From positions 16,156 through 80,155 of the IMG/VR virus record IMGVR_UViG_3300033816_000828: a stretch of 64,000 nt of DNA. The stretch is one strand, 5' to 3'. A program made the position numbers and the translations under genes. How positions within the stretch are numbered: the first letter of the stretch is position 1; every line of letters starts with the position of its first letter. Origin of the DNA: a virus. This document shows, in pieces, positions 28,038 to 38,425 of this stretch. The notes under the pieces are model-generated. The model worked only from the letters and a program-made list of their open reading frames with translations, made no database searches and was not told the origin of the DNA.

Positions 28038-29879
28038 TTAAAATGGATTATCTAATGCTTGTAATATAAATTTTTTATTTATACTCTCTTCTAAACCATC
28101 AGCTTCTGCTTGTTCATCAAATAAAATAACTGGATATAAATATTTTGATGGTGCTATTCCGCCAACATTTGTTGCGCTATTAATTTGACCAAGATCAATA
28201 ACCTGATTTATATTGTATACATTCCCACTTGCCGGTATCAAATCACCATTACCAGAAACAACAAATCCTGGAGCATGATTATAATTTTCACCGCCATTAT
28301 ACCAACATGCCCACCCTTTTTCAGATCTTGGAGGTTTATCATTACTTTGTATAATGACTTCTTTCATTAATGCCATATCATCAAGAATTAGATCCGGTGC
28401 TGATTCATTGTTTGGCATTACACTAGTTATTGCGCCAGGAGCATTTGGAACATAAAATGCAGGACTTATTGAACGTCCAGACCTGATTGGTCTGGCATAA
28501 GTATTAGCACTATTCGCATCTCTGCCTTTTAAAGTATAAGGCAACATCATTAATCTATTATATGAATCTGTAAAGCCAGGATCGGTTGCATTCTCATTAG
28601 GTTCAAAATATATTCTTAATGTTCTGTTAATTGGCTTGCCACCCACTATAACTGCATATGTTAAATTTATATAATCTATATAACAATCATATTTATAGTC
28701 TATATTATCAACTTCATATCTGTATCCTTGTGGACACGGACATCCGTCTTTACATTTAAAATTAGCTGTACCATGAATTTTATTAATAAGATTTTGTAAC
28801 GTATTAGCTGTTTCTACAATTTTATTATCAATACTTGTGGTTGAATCCTTAATATAGTCATTAATAGTAAAATTATATGAAAATTTATCTGCTAGTGATC
28901 TAGCACTAAGACTATTATTAGGAATATCCAATATTTCTGACATATGATCGTACATATAATTTATAGTGAATTCTCGTGCTACTTCATTTCGTCTTGCCTG
29001 CCACTCTGGCGTGTCAGCACGAATACGTCCTAGTTTGGCATCTTTCTGTATAGCCTGCTGTAGATCAAGAACGTAACCTGGAGGCATTGTAAGAGTTCCA
29101 AGATCATCGGACACATATTCGACTTCTGGAGGTTTATCTTTAAAATCAAATACTGATGCACTATAATGATATTTCAGTTTTGTTGTTTCATTTGTTTGAT
29201 TATTTATTCTATTAATATGAAAAACTATATCAAGACGATCTTTTACTTTTATACCAATTCTTACATTTCTTGTGGGTGCGTCCGGATCAGTAAGATTATT
29301 AAAACTAAATTTCATAGTGGTATAATGCTCGTCTCCTGGATGACCATTAGGATCACCAGAATCAGTTCCAATCATAAAAGGTCCAAAAGTATCAAAAAAT
29401 AATTGTAATTTACATAAGTCAAAAAAATCAATATTGATACTAGCGTTAGTTTTTTTATTAATAGCAACCAGCTTTAAATCTGTTAAGTATGTCAATGCAC
29501 TAAAATCAAAAGTATCTATTTTCCCAGATGATGTTGTAAAGACTATTTTAGTAATAGATTTTTCTGTAAACAATTTATATAATACATTATTTAATGGTCC
29601 ATTGTATTGTAATAATGAAGTGCCAAACACAATAGGATTATAATTTTTGGCGAATCTTGGAAGCGGTTTCCATAGATCTAAATTACAATCATCATCATTG
29701 ATTTGTAGTCTTTGAGTTTCTGATGTTCCTTTTGGTGCTTCGTGCCAAAATTTTACAGTATCATACCTATACTTATCATGTCTTGGTTCATCATCTCCAT
29801 TCCAGTCTGATCCGTCATTAAGAATGATATTTTTAAGTCTTTTAAAATCATCCAACTCATTAGTTGTAAAATTTGGCAT
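28038..29879 (-). CDS. Hypothetical protein (613 aa)
   Basis: Long ORF, no recognised motif. Confidence 0.75.
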   Translation of the reverse strand: MPNFTTNELDDFKRLKNIILNDGSDWNGDDEPRHDKYRYDTVKFWHEAPKGTSETQRLQINDDDCNLDLWKPLPRFAKNYNPIVFGTSLLQYNGPLNNVLYKLFTEKSITKIVFTTSSGKIDTFDFSALTYLTDLKLVAINKKTNASINIDFFDLCKLQLFFDTFGPFMIGTDSGDPNGHPGDEHYTTMKFSFNNLTDPDAPTRNVRIGIKVKDRLDIVFHINRINNQTNETTKLKYHYSASVFDFKDKPPEVEYVSDDLGTLTMPPGYVLDLQQAIQKDAKLGRIRADTPEWQARRNEVAREFTINYMYDHMSEILDIPNNSLSARSLADKFSYNFTINDYIKDSTTSIDNKIVETANTLQNLINKIHGTANFKCKDGCPCPQGYRYEVDNIDYKYDCYIDYINLTYAVIVGGKPINRTLRIYFEPNENATDPGFTDSYNRLMMLPYTLKGRDANSANTYARPIRSGRSISPAFYVPNAPGAITSVMPNNESAPDLILDDMALMKEVIIQSNDKPPRSEKGWACWYNGGENYNHAPGFVVSGNGDLIPASGNVYNINQVIDLGQINSATNVGGIAPSKYLYPVILFDEQAEADGLEESINKKFILQALDNPF

Positions 29880-30154
29880 TAATAGTATCTCCTAATAGGA
29901 TAGTTAGGAGCAAAAGTAATTGGTTCATTATTTGCTATTCCAAAAGATGGATCACTATGAATAATATATGATCTCAGATCATTCATATCCAATACGGTAT
30001 AATCGTTTTGAATACTGGTATTAATACTTTTATGTAATTTTATTTGAATATTATTTTCTAGAATTGGTAAAGGATGATCCATAGGATCATTATATATATT
30101 ATATCTAATAATATTAGAATCTATTGTAAATGAATAGATAGTATGTATGCTCAT
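29879..30154 (-). CDS. Hypothetical protein
   Basis: Coupled ORF. Confidence 0.6.
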   Translation of the reverse strand: MSIHTIYSFTIDSNIIRYNIYNDPMDHPLPILENNIQIKLHKSINTSIQNDYTVLDMNDLRSYIIHSDPSFGIANNEPITFAPNYPIRRYY

Positions 30155-30193
30155 AATTAAATAGTCTTTTTTACTTAATTTAATATTTATATA

Positions 30194-30919
30194 CTACACC
30201 GTTTTAAATAGATTATTCCAATTGTCATACGCTACACACTGAATATTATTCTTACAGCTATCAGATCGTTGTGTTTTAGAACCAAAACTAGAGCTAGCTG
30301 ATACTAATTTAGTATTGGAGCAATAAACTTTGAATTTATTAAGATTGGCCGATATACTACTATCAATCTGTTTGTTTAATGGAAAAACTGATAATAATTT
30401 TTGAGCACCAGACGGTGTGACTATGTATCCGTATGTTCCTGTAATCAATCCTGACGGTTTAGCAATAACATCATCTATTGTGACTTTTCTAAATCCTGGA
30501 ATTTCATTATATCCAATATAGAAAATATCATAAGATAAATTTGGTAATATGGTATATAGCTTATTAAAAATATTATTAAAATTTTTATGAGGTATAATAT
30601 CATCTTCAAAAATTAAATATGGATTTTTAGCTTGTGAACATTCTTCCCAAATTTTTTTATGAGAAAGTGCGCATCCTAAAGATCCGTATGTTAATGATAC
30701 GCCATAGATTTTTTGTTTTTGAGATGTTATAGATTTACGACCATCATTAGTAATAATGCTATCATCAATAGTATTTATATCGATAGTTTTTCCATCCACC
30801 CCAACAAATCTTTCACACTTATCCTTAAAAATAGTTTTATTTATTTGCTGTATAAAAAAAACATTTTTTTTAGTATCACAATCCAAATTTACATAATAGA
30901 TTTTATCAAAATATAACAT
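30194..30919 (-). CDS. Glycosyltransferase family 25
   Basis: YYVNLD, GVDGK, GCALSH, IFEDD, YIVTPSGAQKL. Confidence 0.9.
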   Translation of the reverse strand: MLYFDKIYYVNLDCDTKKNVFFIQQINKTIFKDKCERFVGVDGKTIDINTIDDSIITNDGRKSITSQKQKIYGVSLTYGSLGCALSHKKIWEECSQAKNPYLIFEDDIIPHKNFNNIFNKLYTILPNLSYDIFYIGYNEIPGFRKVTIDDVIAKPSGLITGTYGYIVTPSGAQKLLSVFPLNKQIDSSISANLNKFKVYCSNTKLVSASSSFGSKTQRSDSCKNNIQCVAYDNWNNLFKTV

Positions 30920-30920
30920 A

Positions 30921-31832
30921 CTATTTAACCAAATTATATACGTAGATTTTATCTGTTAATTGTTCTTTTACGAATTCTTCTTTGCCCCAATTGTCCCAAT
31001 CTATTATAATTTTATTACCAGTTATTTTAAAACTACCATGATCATCATTATTAATATTATATAATCGATTATTTCTTTTATTTAAATATATATATGATTG
31101 CCATTTGTGACTGCGAAATTGAGCAATGCAGCAGTGTTCATTTTGAATTGTAGTAACATCTTGATCTAATAAAAAAGCAGAAGATGTATTTTTATTATGT
31201 ATATTATATGTAAAAGGCTCGAAATCTTCTATAATTTTACTTTTTAAGTTATGCTGTCTCCAATATGTTCTCCATGAACCGTCTTCAAAATGATGAATTT
31301 TTTTAGCTTGTGCCAGTGTTATATTTAAAATAATATCGCAGGCTTTTCTATTAAAAATATATGTTGGTGGCATTCCAAATTTGATAGAACTTTCGGTGTC
31401 AGGCCCCCACACCCCAATAGACCGAATAGAGTCTTTAATTTTATTATTATTAATATGATGTTTTGGTATATAAGATAATATATCGCAATCTGATGAGCTA
31501 TAGTATTCTATAGATTTTTTAATATAGTCTTTATGATATATATCATCATCATCAATTTTAATGAATAAATCATAATCTAAACTATTATATGATTTTATAG
31601 CATTCAAATAATTAGTATGTTGATCTTTATTACTATTATAGATAATTTTTAATCGTTGATCAGATAAGAAATCTTGTAATAGATTATTATATAATAATTT
31701 TTCTTGATTAGAATTAATATTAATATTTAATCCATAATGAATATCAATATATGATTGATGCAATATAGTATTTATGGCATTATATATATAATAAGGTCTA
31801 TTATAGGATGTAGTAAAGCATAGGATTTTCAT
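30921..31832 (-). CDS. GT-A fold glycosyltransferase (GT2-like)
   Basis: TSYNRPYY, KIDDDDIY. Confidence 0.8.
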   Translation of the reverse strand: MKILCFTTSYNRPYYIYNAINTILHQSYIDIHYGLNININSNQEKLLYNNLLQDFLSDQRLKIIYNSNKDQHTNYLNAIKSYNSLDYDLFIKIDDDDIYHKDYIKKSIEYYSSSDCDILSYIPKHHINNNKIKDSIRSIGVWGPDTESSIKFGMPPTYIFNRKACDIILNITLAQAKKIHHFEDGSWRTYWRQHNLKSKIIEDFEPFTYNIHNKNTSSAFLLDQDVTTIQNEHCCIAQFRSHKWQSYIYLNKRNNRLYNINNDDHGSFKITGNKIIIDWDNWGKEEFVKEQLTDKIYVYNLVK

Positions 31833-33085
31833 AGATTAATAATAATTTTATTAGACCACCCACTATTAGATAATGGAATTATCACACAGCGAAATGGACG
31901 TTCTTCTGTATAAACAGTGGATTTAATTTTATTAGTAAATTTTTTCAAGTATTTTTCTTCTTTAAGATCTTTACGATATAGTAATTTTCCATCTTTTGTT
32001 TCAAAACCAAAAAAGAACATACTATAATTTTTATTATCTGGTATCTGATTTAATGGCCACTCAATATCAAACTCATATTTGTCTAACATACCAGATGTCC
32101 ATTCTTGGTGTGTCATAATGTGTGGCTCTAAATATTCTTCTCTAGGATCGTAGGCGGATTTATGAACTCTTTGGTTTTTAAAATCCAAACCCACATACAA
32201 TTCATAATCATGTAAGGATCTCACATTTCCAAAACCATATTGTTTAAAATCAATATCATTATGATCAATACCAAATAATTTACGCTGTCTTTTTTTAGAT
32301 GATGCGTTTCTATGCTCTCCCTCCTCTACAAATCCATTTTTTTTAACATGATCAATCCAATGTTTGGGGCTTTTTTCTCTTAAATATTCATGCCAAATAA
32401 CAGTATAAGACGGATGAAAAAAATCGTATCCATGAGTATACGCTCTGGCACTTAAAGATAATTCTTCGCCCCTAAAATAAAAATTAGGATCGTACATACA
32501 CTCATTAACAAAATTACCGTGCGTAAATATAAAATGGCCAGATAGTAATCTAGCTTTAATTAGTTTTCTTTCTTTATTAACTGCTATATGATTTTTTATA
32601 TATATAGGGCGAGAAATAATATCTCCATCAGTTCCAAACGATTCAAATGTGCTTATCCTATAAGGTTCATTTTTTAATGGAATATTTTTTTCTGGCCAGA
32701 ATGTTGTACCATATGTTCCAATAATAGGCTTACTGGAACTATTTAATGCTTCATTATACAGGGCGAAAAGGTGTTCGTCCCAATCGTTGATGAATCTATG
32801 ATGACTATCTAGTTGAAGATAAAAATCTTGATTATCGTATAAATGTTTCTGTATAGAATGTCTTGCCCAACAAGCACCCTTACTTTCTCTCCAATCATAT
32901 TCTTCTATCTTAATATTAGATAATTTATTAATATCTGATATATCTTCTGATTCGTCTCTTTGCCAATTAATACCAAAAAATAAATTATTTGGATATTTAG
33001 CTTTACTAATACAGTCTAAAACTGTGGGAACTAATTGTTTATCTCTATATGATGCTATGCTAATAAAAATATTTTTAAAAGTCAT
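31829..33085 (-). CDS. GT60-like polypeptide alpha-GlcNAc transferase (Skp1 Gnt1 family)
   Basis: IFISIASYRD, SKGACWAR, QLDSHHRF, YDPNFYFRGEE, RAYTHGYD. Confidence 0.85.
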   Translation of the reverse strand: MTFKNIFISIASYRDKQLVPTVLDCISKAKYPNNLFFGINWQRDESEDISDINKLSNIKIEEYDWRESKGACWARHSIQKHLYDNQDFYLQLDSHHRFINDWDEHLFALYNEALNSSSKPIIGTYGTTFWPEKNIPLKNEPYRISTFESFGTDGDIISRPIYIKNHIAVNKERKLIKARLLSGHFIFTHGNFVNECMYDPNFYFRGEELSLSARAYTHGYDFFHPSYTVIWHEYLREKSPKHWIDHVKKNGFVEEGEHRNASSKKRQRKLFGIDHNDIDFKQYGFGNVRSLHDYELYVGLDFKNQRVHKSAYDPREEYLEPHIMTHQEWTSGMLDKYEFDIEWPLNQIPDNKNYSMFFFGFETKDGKLLYRKDLKEEKYLKKFTNKIKSTVYTEERPFRCVIIPLSNSGWSNKIIINL

Positions 33086-33711
33086 GGTATTAATTTAAGA
33101 GCTAGAATATTATTACAACTAAATCCATACATATTAGATTTAAGAATCTGTTTAATATGTTGTTGGGTCCAGACATTTCCATTAATAATAGTATTTATTG
33201 ATGTTTTATTATGCAAGTATCCGCATGCTACTATATTATCATCTAAGGAATCTAGAAAAAAACCAGAGGATGGATATACTATGTTAATGCCTGACGATAA
33301 TAATATTTCACAAGCCTTAGCTAAAATTTGATGATCAAATTTCCTGTATTCTAATATATATCTAATTTCTCTATTTTCACATATGTCTAAGTTTTTTTTT
33401 ATATCTTCTCTGATTTTATCGTATTTTCTATTTACTAAATAATAAAAAGGTAATGTTATAGCAATATAGTCTATATTATATTTTATAGCGTCTTGAATCA
33501 TAGAATGCCTATGATAACTTTCACAATTAGCTACAGGATAATCTATAAATGCTCCGACCGTTAGATTTGGAAAATTTTTTTTTATTAATTTAGCACAGTG
33601 ATGGGTGGCTATAATTTTTCTAATAGAAGTATTATTAATTAAATCTTCTAGATTTTTTTTTATATCTATATCTTTCTCATCAATAGTATTGATATAATAT
33701 TCTATATTCAT
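33082..33711 (-). CDS. DeoC-like aldolase fold, probably catalytically altered
   Basis: FIDYP, IRYILEY, KACEILLSSG, YPSSGF in place of KTSTGF. Confidence 0.65.
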   Translation of the reverse strand: MNIEYYINTIDEKDIDIKKNLEDLINNTSIRKIIATHHCAKLIKKNFPNLTVGAFIDYPVANCESYHRHSMIQDAIKYNIDYIAITLPFYYLVNRKYDKIREDIKKNLDICENREIRYILEYRKFDHQILAKACEILLSSGINIVYPSSGFFLDSLDDNIVACGYLHNKTSINTIINGNVWTQQHIKQILKSNMYGFSCNNILALKLIP

Positions 33712-34376
33712 TTATTTAATTTTCTTTTGATAGCTTCTATCGATCCGTATTGGTTTTGACCATATATACCATCAGCGAATCCGTTGTGTACAGCCTCTGA
33801 AGCGTTTAGAATCCAATCTGATTTTTGAGATAATTGTGATGATATATACTTTTTTACACTAGATTTTTTCCATTCTCTCTCTTTTGCTAATGGAGACTCC
33901 AAACATTTATCAGTAAAAATATCTAACATTTTTTTGGCTTCTTTTTCATTCCATTGAATATTACTAATGGCCGCTTTGTGTTCTCCGTCTAGTGAGAAAA
34001 AACCATAATGAATTAATAGATAACTATTTGGCATTAAAATTCTTAATTTAGCAGCTTGGAATATTACGCCGCTAGATGACTCTGCTTTAGCATATGCTAA
34101 AATACCAATAGGGGCTTTGGATTGGATGATGGTGTCATATATACCCAAACAATCTGTCCAATCTCCACCCGGTAAATGCATGTGTACAATAATAGGATCA
34201 GAAGATATAATATTAAGATATCTTATATTTTTTTCAAAATTAATGGCTACCCTATAATCAACACCGCCCTCCTCTTCTCCACTATCTATAAAAGAATGAA
34301 GATAAACTTCTCTATTATCAACATCTAATCCATATTCATGGATATAATTTAATCTATTTTCTTGTCCGTTAATCAT
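33708..34376 (-). CDS. clpP: ClpP-like protease subunit
   Basis: HLPGG, IYDTI, AESSSG (Ser), NSYLLIH (His), DWILNASEAVHNGFADGI. Confidence 0.85.
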   Translation of the reverse strand: MINGQENRLNYIHEYGLDVDNREVYLHSFIDSGEEEGGVDYRVAINFEKNIRYLNIISSDPIIVHMHLPGGDWTDCLGIYDTIIQSKAPIGILAYAKAESSSGVIFQAAKLRILMPNSYLLIHYGFFSLDGEHKAAISNIQWNEKEAKKMLDIFTDKCLESPLAKEREWKKSSVKKYISSQLSQKSDWILNASEAVHNGFADGIYGQNQYGSIEAIKRKLNK

Positions 34377-34761
34377 TGGTTATATTAAAAATTGATGTTA
34401 TTATTGTATTAATATTATTCATAACTTCTCTATCTATAAATGCTTTACCAAAACCAACCCTAAAGCGATATCTAGTAAAAATATCCAATGTTTCTACACC
34501 ATCAACTTCCTGAATTATAGTAGCTATTCTATTAGACAGATTAAAGTTAGTATGGCCTATCCAAAAATTAAAAATTTTCGAACAATCAGTATATTCATTA
34601 TATGGAATCATTCCCATATTTGTTAATAATACTTTGTGATATTTTACTGAATCGTCTACAGTCTCCTTTTCTATGTCTTCAAAATAGTTTGTATCATCGG
34701 TATCATCTTTACCAAATGGATCAGACCATTTTTCCCATATAATTTTAGGACTATCTAACAT
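34369..34761 (-). CDS. Hypothetical phage protein
   Basis: Coupled ORF. Confidence 0.7.
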   Translation of the reverse strand: MLDSPKIIWEKWSDPFGKDDTDDTNYFEDIEKETVDDSVKYHKVLLTNMGMIPYNEYTDCSKIFNFWIGHTNFNLSNRIATIIQEVDGVETLDIFTRYRFRVGFGKAFIDREVMNNINTIITSIFNITND

Positions 34762-35059
34762 TTTGTTTGAATGTTAATAAAGGATCTATCATTGGTTTAT
34801 GTTTATCATTTAAATAGTTTGTTGCCCAAGAACTTAATATATAATCAACAATATGTTTATTATTGCTATTTTTGATTGACTTTAATTTATCTATTATATC
34901 AGCACTAATCGGACTATTATACATCAACAAATGAAGAAATGAACCTATATGATTCGCGTCTATTTCAGACACATTCTGTTTTGGTAGACATATATTATAG
35001 TCCCCATTACTATAGTATTCAATTGAAAATATTGACTTATTACGCTTTTTAAAGAACAT
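34751..35059 (-). CDS. Hypothetical protein (start more likely 35059)
   Basis: ATG just after the sigma-factor stop. Confidence 0.6.
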   Translation of the reverse strand: MFFKKRNKSIFSIEYYSNGDYNICLPKQNVSEIDANHIGSFLHLLMYNSPISADIIDKLKSIKNSNNKHIVDYILSSWATNYLNDKHKPMIDPLLTFKQNVR

Positions 35060-35063
35060 ATTA

Positions 35064-35708
35064 TTATATGAGTCTTTGAATTTTTTCAATAGATTTTTTA
35101 ATATTTTGTCTGACTGCTTCTCTAGTAATATTAAATTTTTTACCAATTTGTGCAAAAGTCTGATTTTCAAGATAATATAATCTTAAACATTCTCTTTGAC
35201 GATCAGATAAAATATTGTTATTATCTGATAATATTTGATCAATCATATGTTTATTTTCAGAACCACTTTCCTTGTCTAACAAAATATCTAATGGGGATTT
35301 GCTAGAGTCTGGTATAATGTCTAATAATGATAAATTTTCATCATTAAATTTAGTATCAATATCGACAGAATGACCTTTATTTTTTTTATACTTCTTTCTT
35401 GTCATATAGCTTTTTATGGCCCAAATGGCACATTGATTTCTATAAGAGTATTTATTCTTTTGTTGTCCACTTTCTCCTTTACGTTCTTTATCCCATCTCC
35501 AATCGGCCATCATGATACAATTAGCTACATTAGCTATAGCGTCTTCACTTTTTAGCATTTCCTTGCCTAAACTTGGAGAAAAGTTTTTAGCAAATTTAGA
35601 TATAGTTTTTTTAGCTAAATCTAGATATACAGATAATGACTCAAATTCAATTGTAGAATGGTCTTGATATTTAATTTTTTGATTACCAACAGATACAATA
35701 TCTATCAT
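35064..35708 (-). CDS. Phage sigma-70-family RNA polymerase sigma factor
   Basis: Region-2-like WRWD...YSY...WAI; region 4 LSDRQRECLRLYYLENQTFAQIGKKFNITREAVRQ. Confidence 0.82.
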   Translation of the reverse strand: MIDIVSVGNQKIKYQDHSTIEFESLSVYLDLAKKTISKFAKNFSPSLGKEMLKSEDAIANVANCIMMADWRWDKERKGESGQQKNKYSYRNQCAIWAIKSYMTRKKYKKNKGHSVDIDTKFNDENLSLLDIIPDSSKSPLDILLDKESGSENKHMIDQILSDNNNILSDRQRECLRLYYLENQTFAQIGKKFNITREAVRQNIKKSIEKIQRLI

Positions 35709-35757
35709 GTTTTTCCTTTTTAAAAGTCCTAGTAAATATATTCTTAACTAATTTTAG

Positions 35758-36339
35758 TTATTTAGTTAATTTTTTCCATTGCTTTGGATCTGGTCGATCC
35801 GGGTCTCCGGGCTTTGCTGGTCTATATTTTTTTCCTTCTCTTTCTTTCTTTTTTCGTATATTTTCCCATAGTCCAGGCTTATCCTCTGACATTGTTTCTT
35901 CAACAGGTGCCGTAACTATACTATCGTCCTTTGAGGGCTGAAAAGTATAGTGCGGAAGATTTTTTATTTTAACTTTTTTTTTATGTTCTGCTGCTTCTGT
36001 GTCAGTTTCTGTGCGTCCAAACATAACAAAATTATGAATTGTTAACATATAATCTTCAGTAATAGCAATTTTACCCTGTAGCCAGCTTTCTGTCAAGGCT
36101 TCTCTTACGGACGGATTATCTAATGCTTGTAATATAACATTAGCGTGTGTCATTATTGACTTTATGGATCCAATGCTCATTTGATAAAAATCATTTTTAT
36201 ATTCCATCATTTCCATTTCTGGACTTTCAACTTCCATTTCTTCAATTTTGGTAAAATCTCCATCTTCTGATTTGGTTTTGAGATTTTCATTTACTGAATT
36301 TAATATATCTTTAAAACGTTCGCTCATTTTAATATCCAT
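35758..36339 (-). CDS. Hypothetical phage protein (start possibly 36327)
   Basis: LTESWLQGKI, basic C-terminal PGLWENIRKK motif. Confidence 0.7.
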   Translation of the reverse strand: MDIKMSERFKDILNSVNENLKTKSEDGDFTKIEEMEVESPEMEMMEYKNDFYQMSIGSIKSIMTHANVILQALDNPSVREALTESWLQGKIAITEDYMLTIHNFVMFGRTETDTEAAEHKKKVKIKNLPHYTFQPSKDDSIVTAPVEETMSEDKPGLWENIRKKKEREGKKYRPAKPGDPDRPDPKQWKKLTK

Positions 36340-36824
36340 TCTTTATAATTAAGATAAAATTGCTTTAAGTGTTCTTCATCTCTTATCATTCCTTCAATTA
36401 TATTACACTGTACGCATAAAATTCCTCTAATCTTACCTGTATCATGATTATGGTCAATTACTGCGGCATTGCCCCTATTTTTTGAATGATGACGAACCTC
36501 AATACCACAGATGCTACAATGTGATATAAGTCTTAATTCTTTTAGTTCTTTATGATCAATGTTATATTTCGTTGTAAATTTATAACAAGTAGTACATAAT
36601 CCTGAATTAAAATAAATGTGTCTAGTTTGATAACATGACTCACATTGACCAATATTTCCCTTGCTCATTCTGCATAATTTACAAAACTTATGTTTTTTGG
36701 ATTTAAAACCAACGCCACATTCACACGTTTGAGATTTTATTTTACATTGATCGCAAAATTTTCTAAAATTTTCTGATACTTGATTTAATTTACATTTTCG
36801 GCATTTTCTCATTATTATCACCAA
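36324..36824 (-). CDS. Endonuclease VII-family free-standing homing endonuclease
   Basis: CSICG...IDHNHDTGKIRGILCVQCN; Cys-rich N-terminus; overlaps both neighbours. Confidence 0.85.
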   Translation of the reverse strand: MVIIMRKCRKCKLNQVSENFRKFCDQCKIKSQTCECGVGFKSKKHKFCKLCRMSKGNIGQCESCYQTRHIYFNSGLCTTCYKFTTKYNIDHKELKELRLISHCSICGIEVRHHSKNRGNAAVIDHNHDTGKIRGILCVQCNIIEGMIRDEEHLKQFYLNYKEWILK

Positions 36825-37327
36825 CTCTTACATGCCCAATACCGACTTTTCCAACGAGGACCAGGATTATCACAATTATGTCTTGCTCTGAAACTTCTAC
36901 GGCGCTCAGGAATATTTTTCTTAATTGTCATGTTAGGATCACCAAATCTAACTATAACAACATTACCACTTTCATTTTTTACATATACCGCAAATTTCTT
37001 AGGACCATCTGGTGTTCTAAATGGCTTATTAAGAGTTACTTTGCGTCCTTGATATTCTGAAGCAATAACTTTACCGTCTTCATCATAAATTTCGTTAACT
37101 TCAACTTCATATACAAATTCATTCCATTCATCATCCCAAGTATAATTTTGTGCAAATAATTCGTCATGTACCTCTTCTAATAAATTTCCTTTTGTACGGG
37201 TTTGTCCGAGACAAATAGCTACTCTTTGTTTATTATCTGGATATTCTTTTTTCATAGTCTCATTACCCATGCAACGAGACACATAAGCATTTTTATCTTC
37301 GTTTTGTTTTCTTTTTGGAATAGGCAT
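36818..37327 (-). CDS. Hypothetical phage protein
   Basis: AAGGAG SD; YQGRKVTLNKP...RFGDPNM...SFRARHNC. Confidence 0.75.
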   Translation of the reverse strand: MPIPKRKQNEDKNAYVSRCMGNETMKKEYPDNKQRVAICLGQTRTKGNLLEEVHDELFAQNYTWDDEWNEFVYEVEVNEIYDEDGKVIASEYQGRKVTLNKPFRTPDGPKKFAVYVKNESGNVVIVRFGDPNMTIKKNIPERRRSFRARHNCDNPGPRWKSRYWACKSW

Positions 37328-37357
37328 ATATTATCTCCTTGTAATTAGATACACCAA

Positions 37358-38425
37358 TCAATTGATCATATTAGAATATATGATATTGGCTGTATTATGC
37401 CAGGATAAATTATTGGCTGTTTTTAATCCATAAGAATTATCTCTTATATTATTTTTATAAACATATCTCATATGTTCGATAAATTGATCGATTTGTTTTT
37501 CTTCTATGGATGCCCAATTTCCACTACCATTAAACCATATACCGTCGTTTGCTGGTACGGTAGTATCTATATCAACTAAATAAGCATTGTCTTTATTGCA
37601 AAACTGTGTGTGTGCAGAATAGTTTGTGATGATAATTGGTTTATCCATAGCCATCATTTCTATTGCTTCATTATTCCATCCTTCTGCCCTTGATGGAAAA
37701 ATACCACAATCAGCATAGCTCATAATTTGTGCCAATGATATTTGATCAGGAATGCGTGGAAAAAATCTTATTTTAGATGATAGTTTAGAGTTATTATATA
37801 AATTTATCCATTGTTTAATTTGGTCTTGATTTAAAAATGGATTATGATTGATCATCCATAGTTCCACATCGTCATTTTCATTAAATGCATTATTAAATAA
37901 ATCCACTAAAATATCATGACCTTTTCTAATTTCAAACTTACCAATATTGATAAATATGTATGTATTTTTATTTTTTTTATCTTCCGGTTTTTGAGCATTA
38001 AAAATGCTAGTATCAACTCCCATAGGACACACGATAATGTCTTTTTTTATTCCGTTATTTTGTAAAACATTTTTTGCCCATTCAGAAGGCATAAATATAA
38101 TATCAGCAATATTATAGCTTTGCTGTTCGATCTCTGTTAATTTATCTATTTCAAAGAAAGATAATACTCCGTATTTACCATCTCCATGAGTTTTAGTAAA
38201 GAAATCATTAGCATGCCATAATTTAAAAGAGGGTGCTGATTTATCAAAATGGCTTCTAGATCCTATGCCATTTTTTATGCATTCTATATCCCATCCCTTT
38301 TCAGCATTAATATTACCTATTGGAAAAAGCAAACTATTATTATTTAAATAATAAATTTGACGCCATATATTATATCCGGTAATCCCATAGCCTGTATAAC
38401 TATCTACTGGTGAAATTATATTCAT
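37358..38425 (-). CDS. GT4 (GT-B) glycosyltransferase
   Basis: RKGHDIL, FPSRAEGWNNEAIEMMA. Confidence 0.9.
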   Translation of the reverse strand: MNIISPVDSYTGYGITGYNIWRQIYYLNNNSLLFPIGNINAEKGWDIECIKNGIGSRSHFDKSAPSFKLWHANDFFTKTHGDGKYGVLSFFEIDKLTEIEQQSYNIADIIFMPSEWAKNVLQNNGIKKDIIVCPMGVDTSIFNAQKPEDKKNKNTYIFINIGKFEIRKGHDILVDLFNNAFNENDDVELWMINHNPFLNQDQIKQWINLYNNSKLSSKIRFFPRIPDQISLAQIMSYADCGIFPSRAEGWNNEAIEMMAMDKPIIITNYSAHTQFCNKDNAYLVDIDTTVPANDGIWFNGSGNWASIEEKQIDQFIEHMRYVYKNNIRDNSYGLKTANNLSWHNTANIIYSNMIN

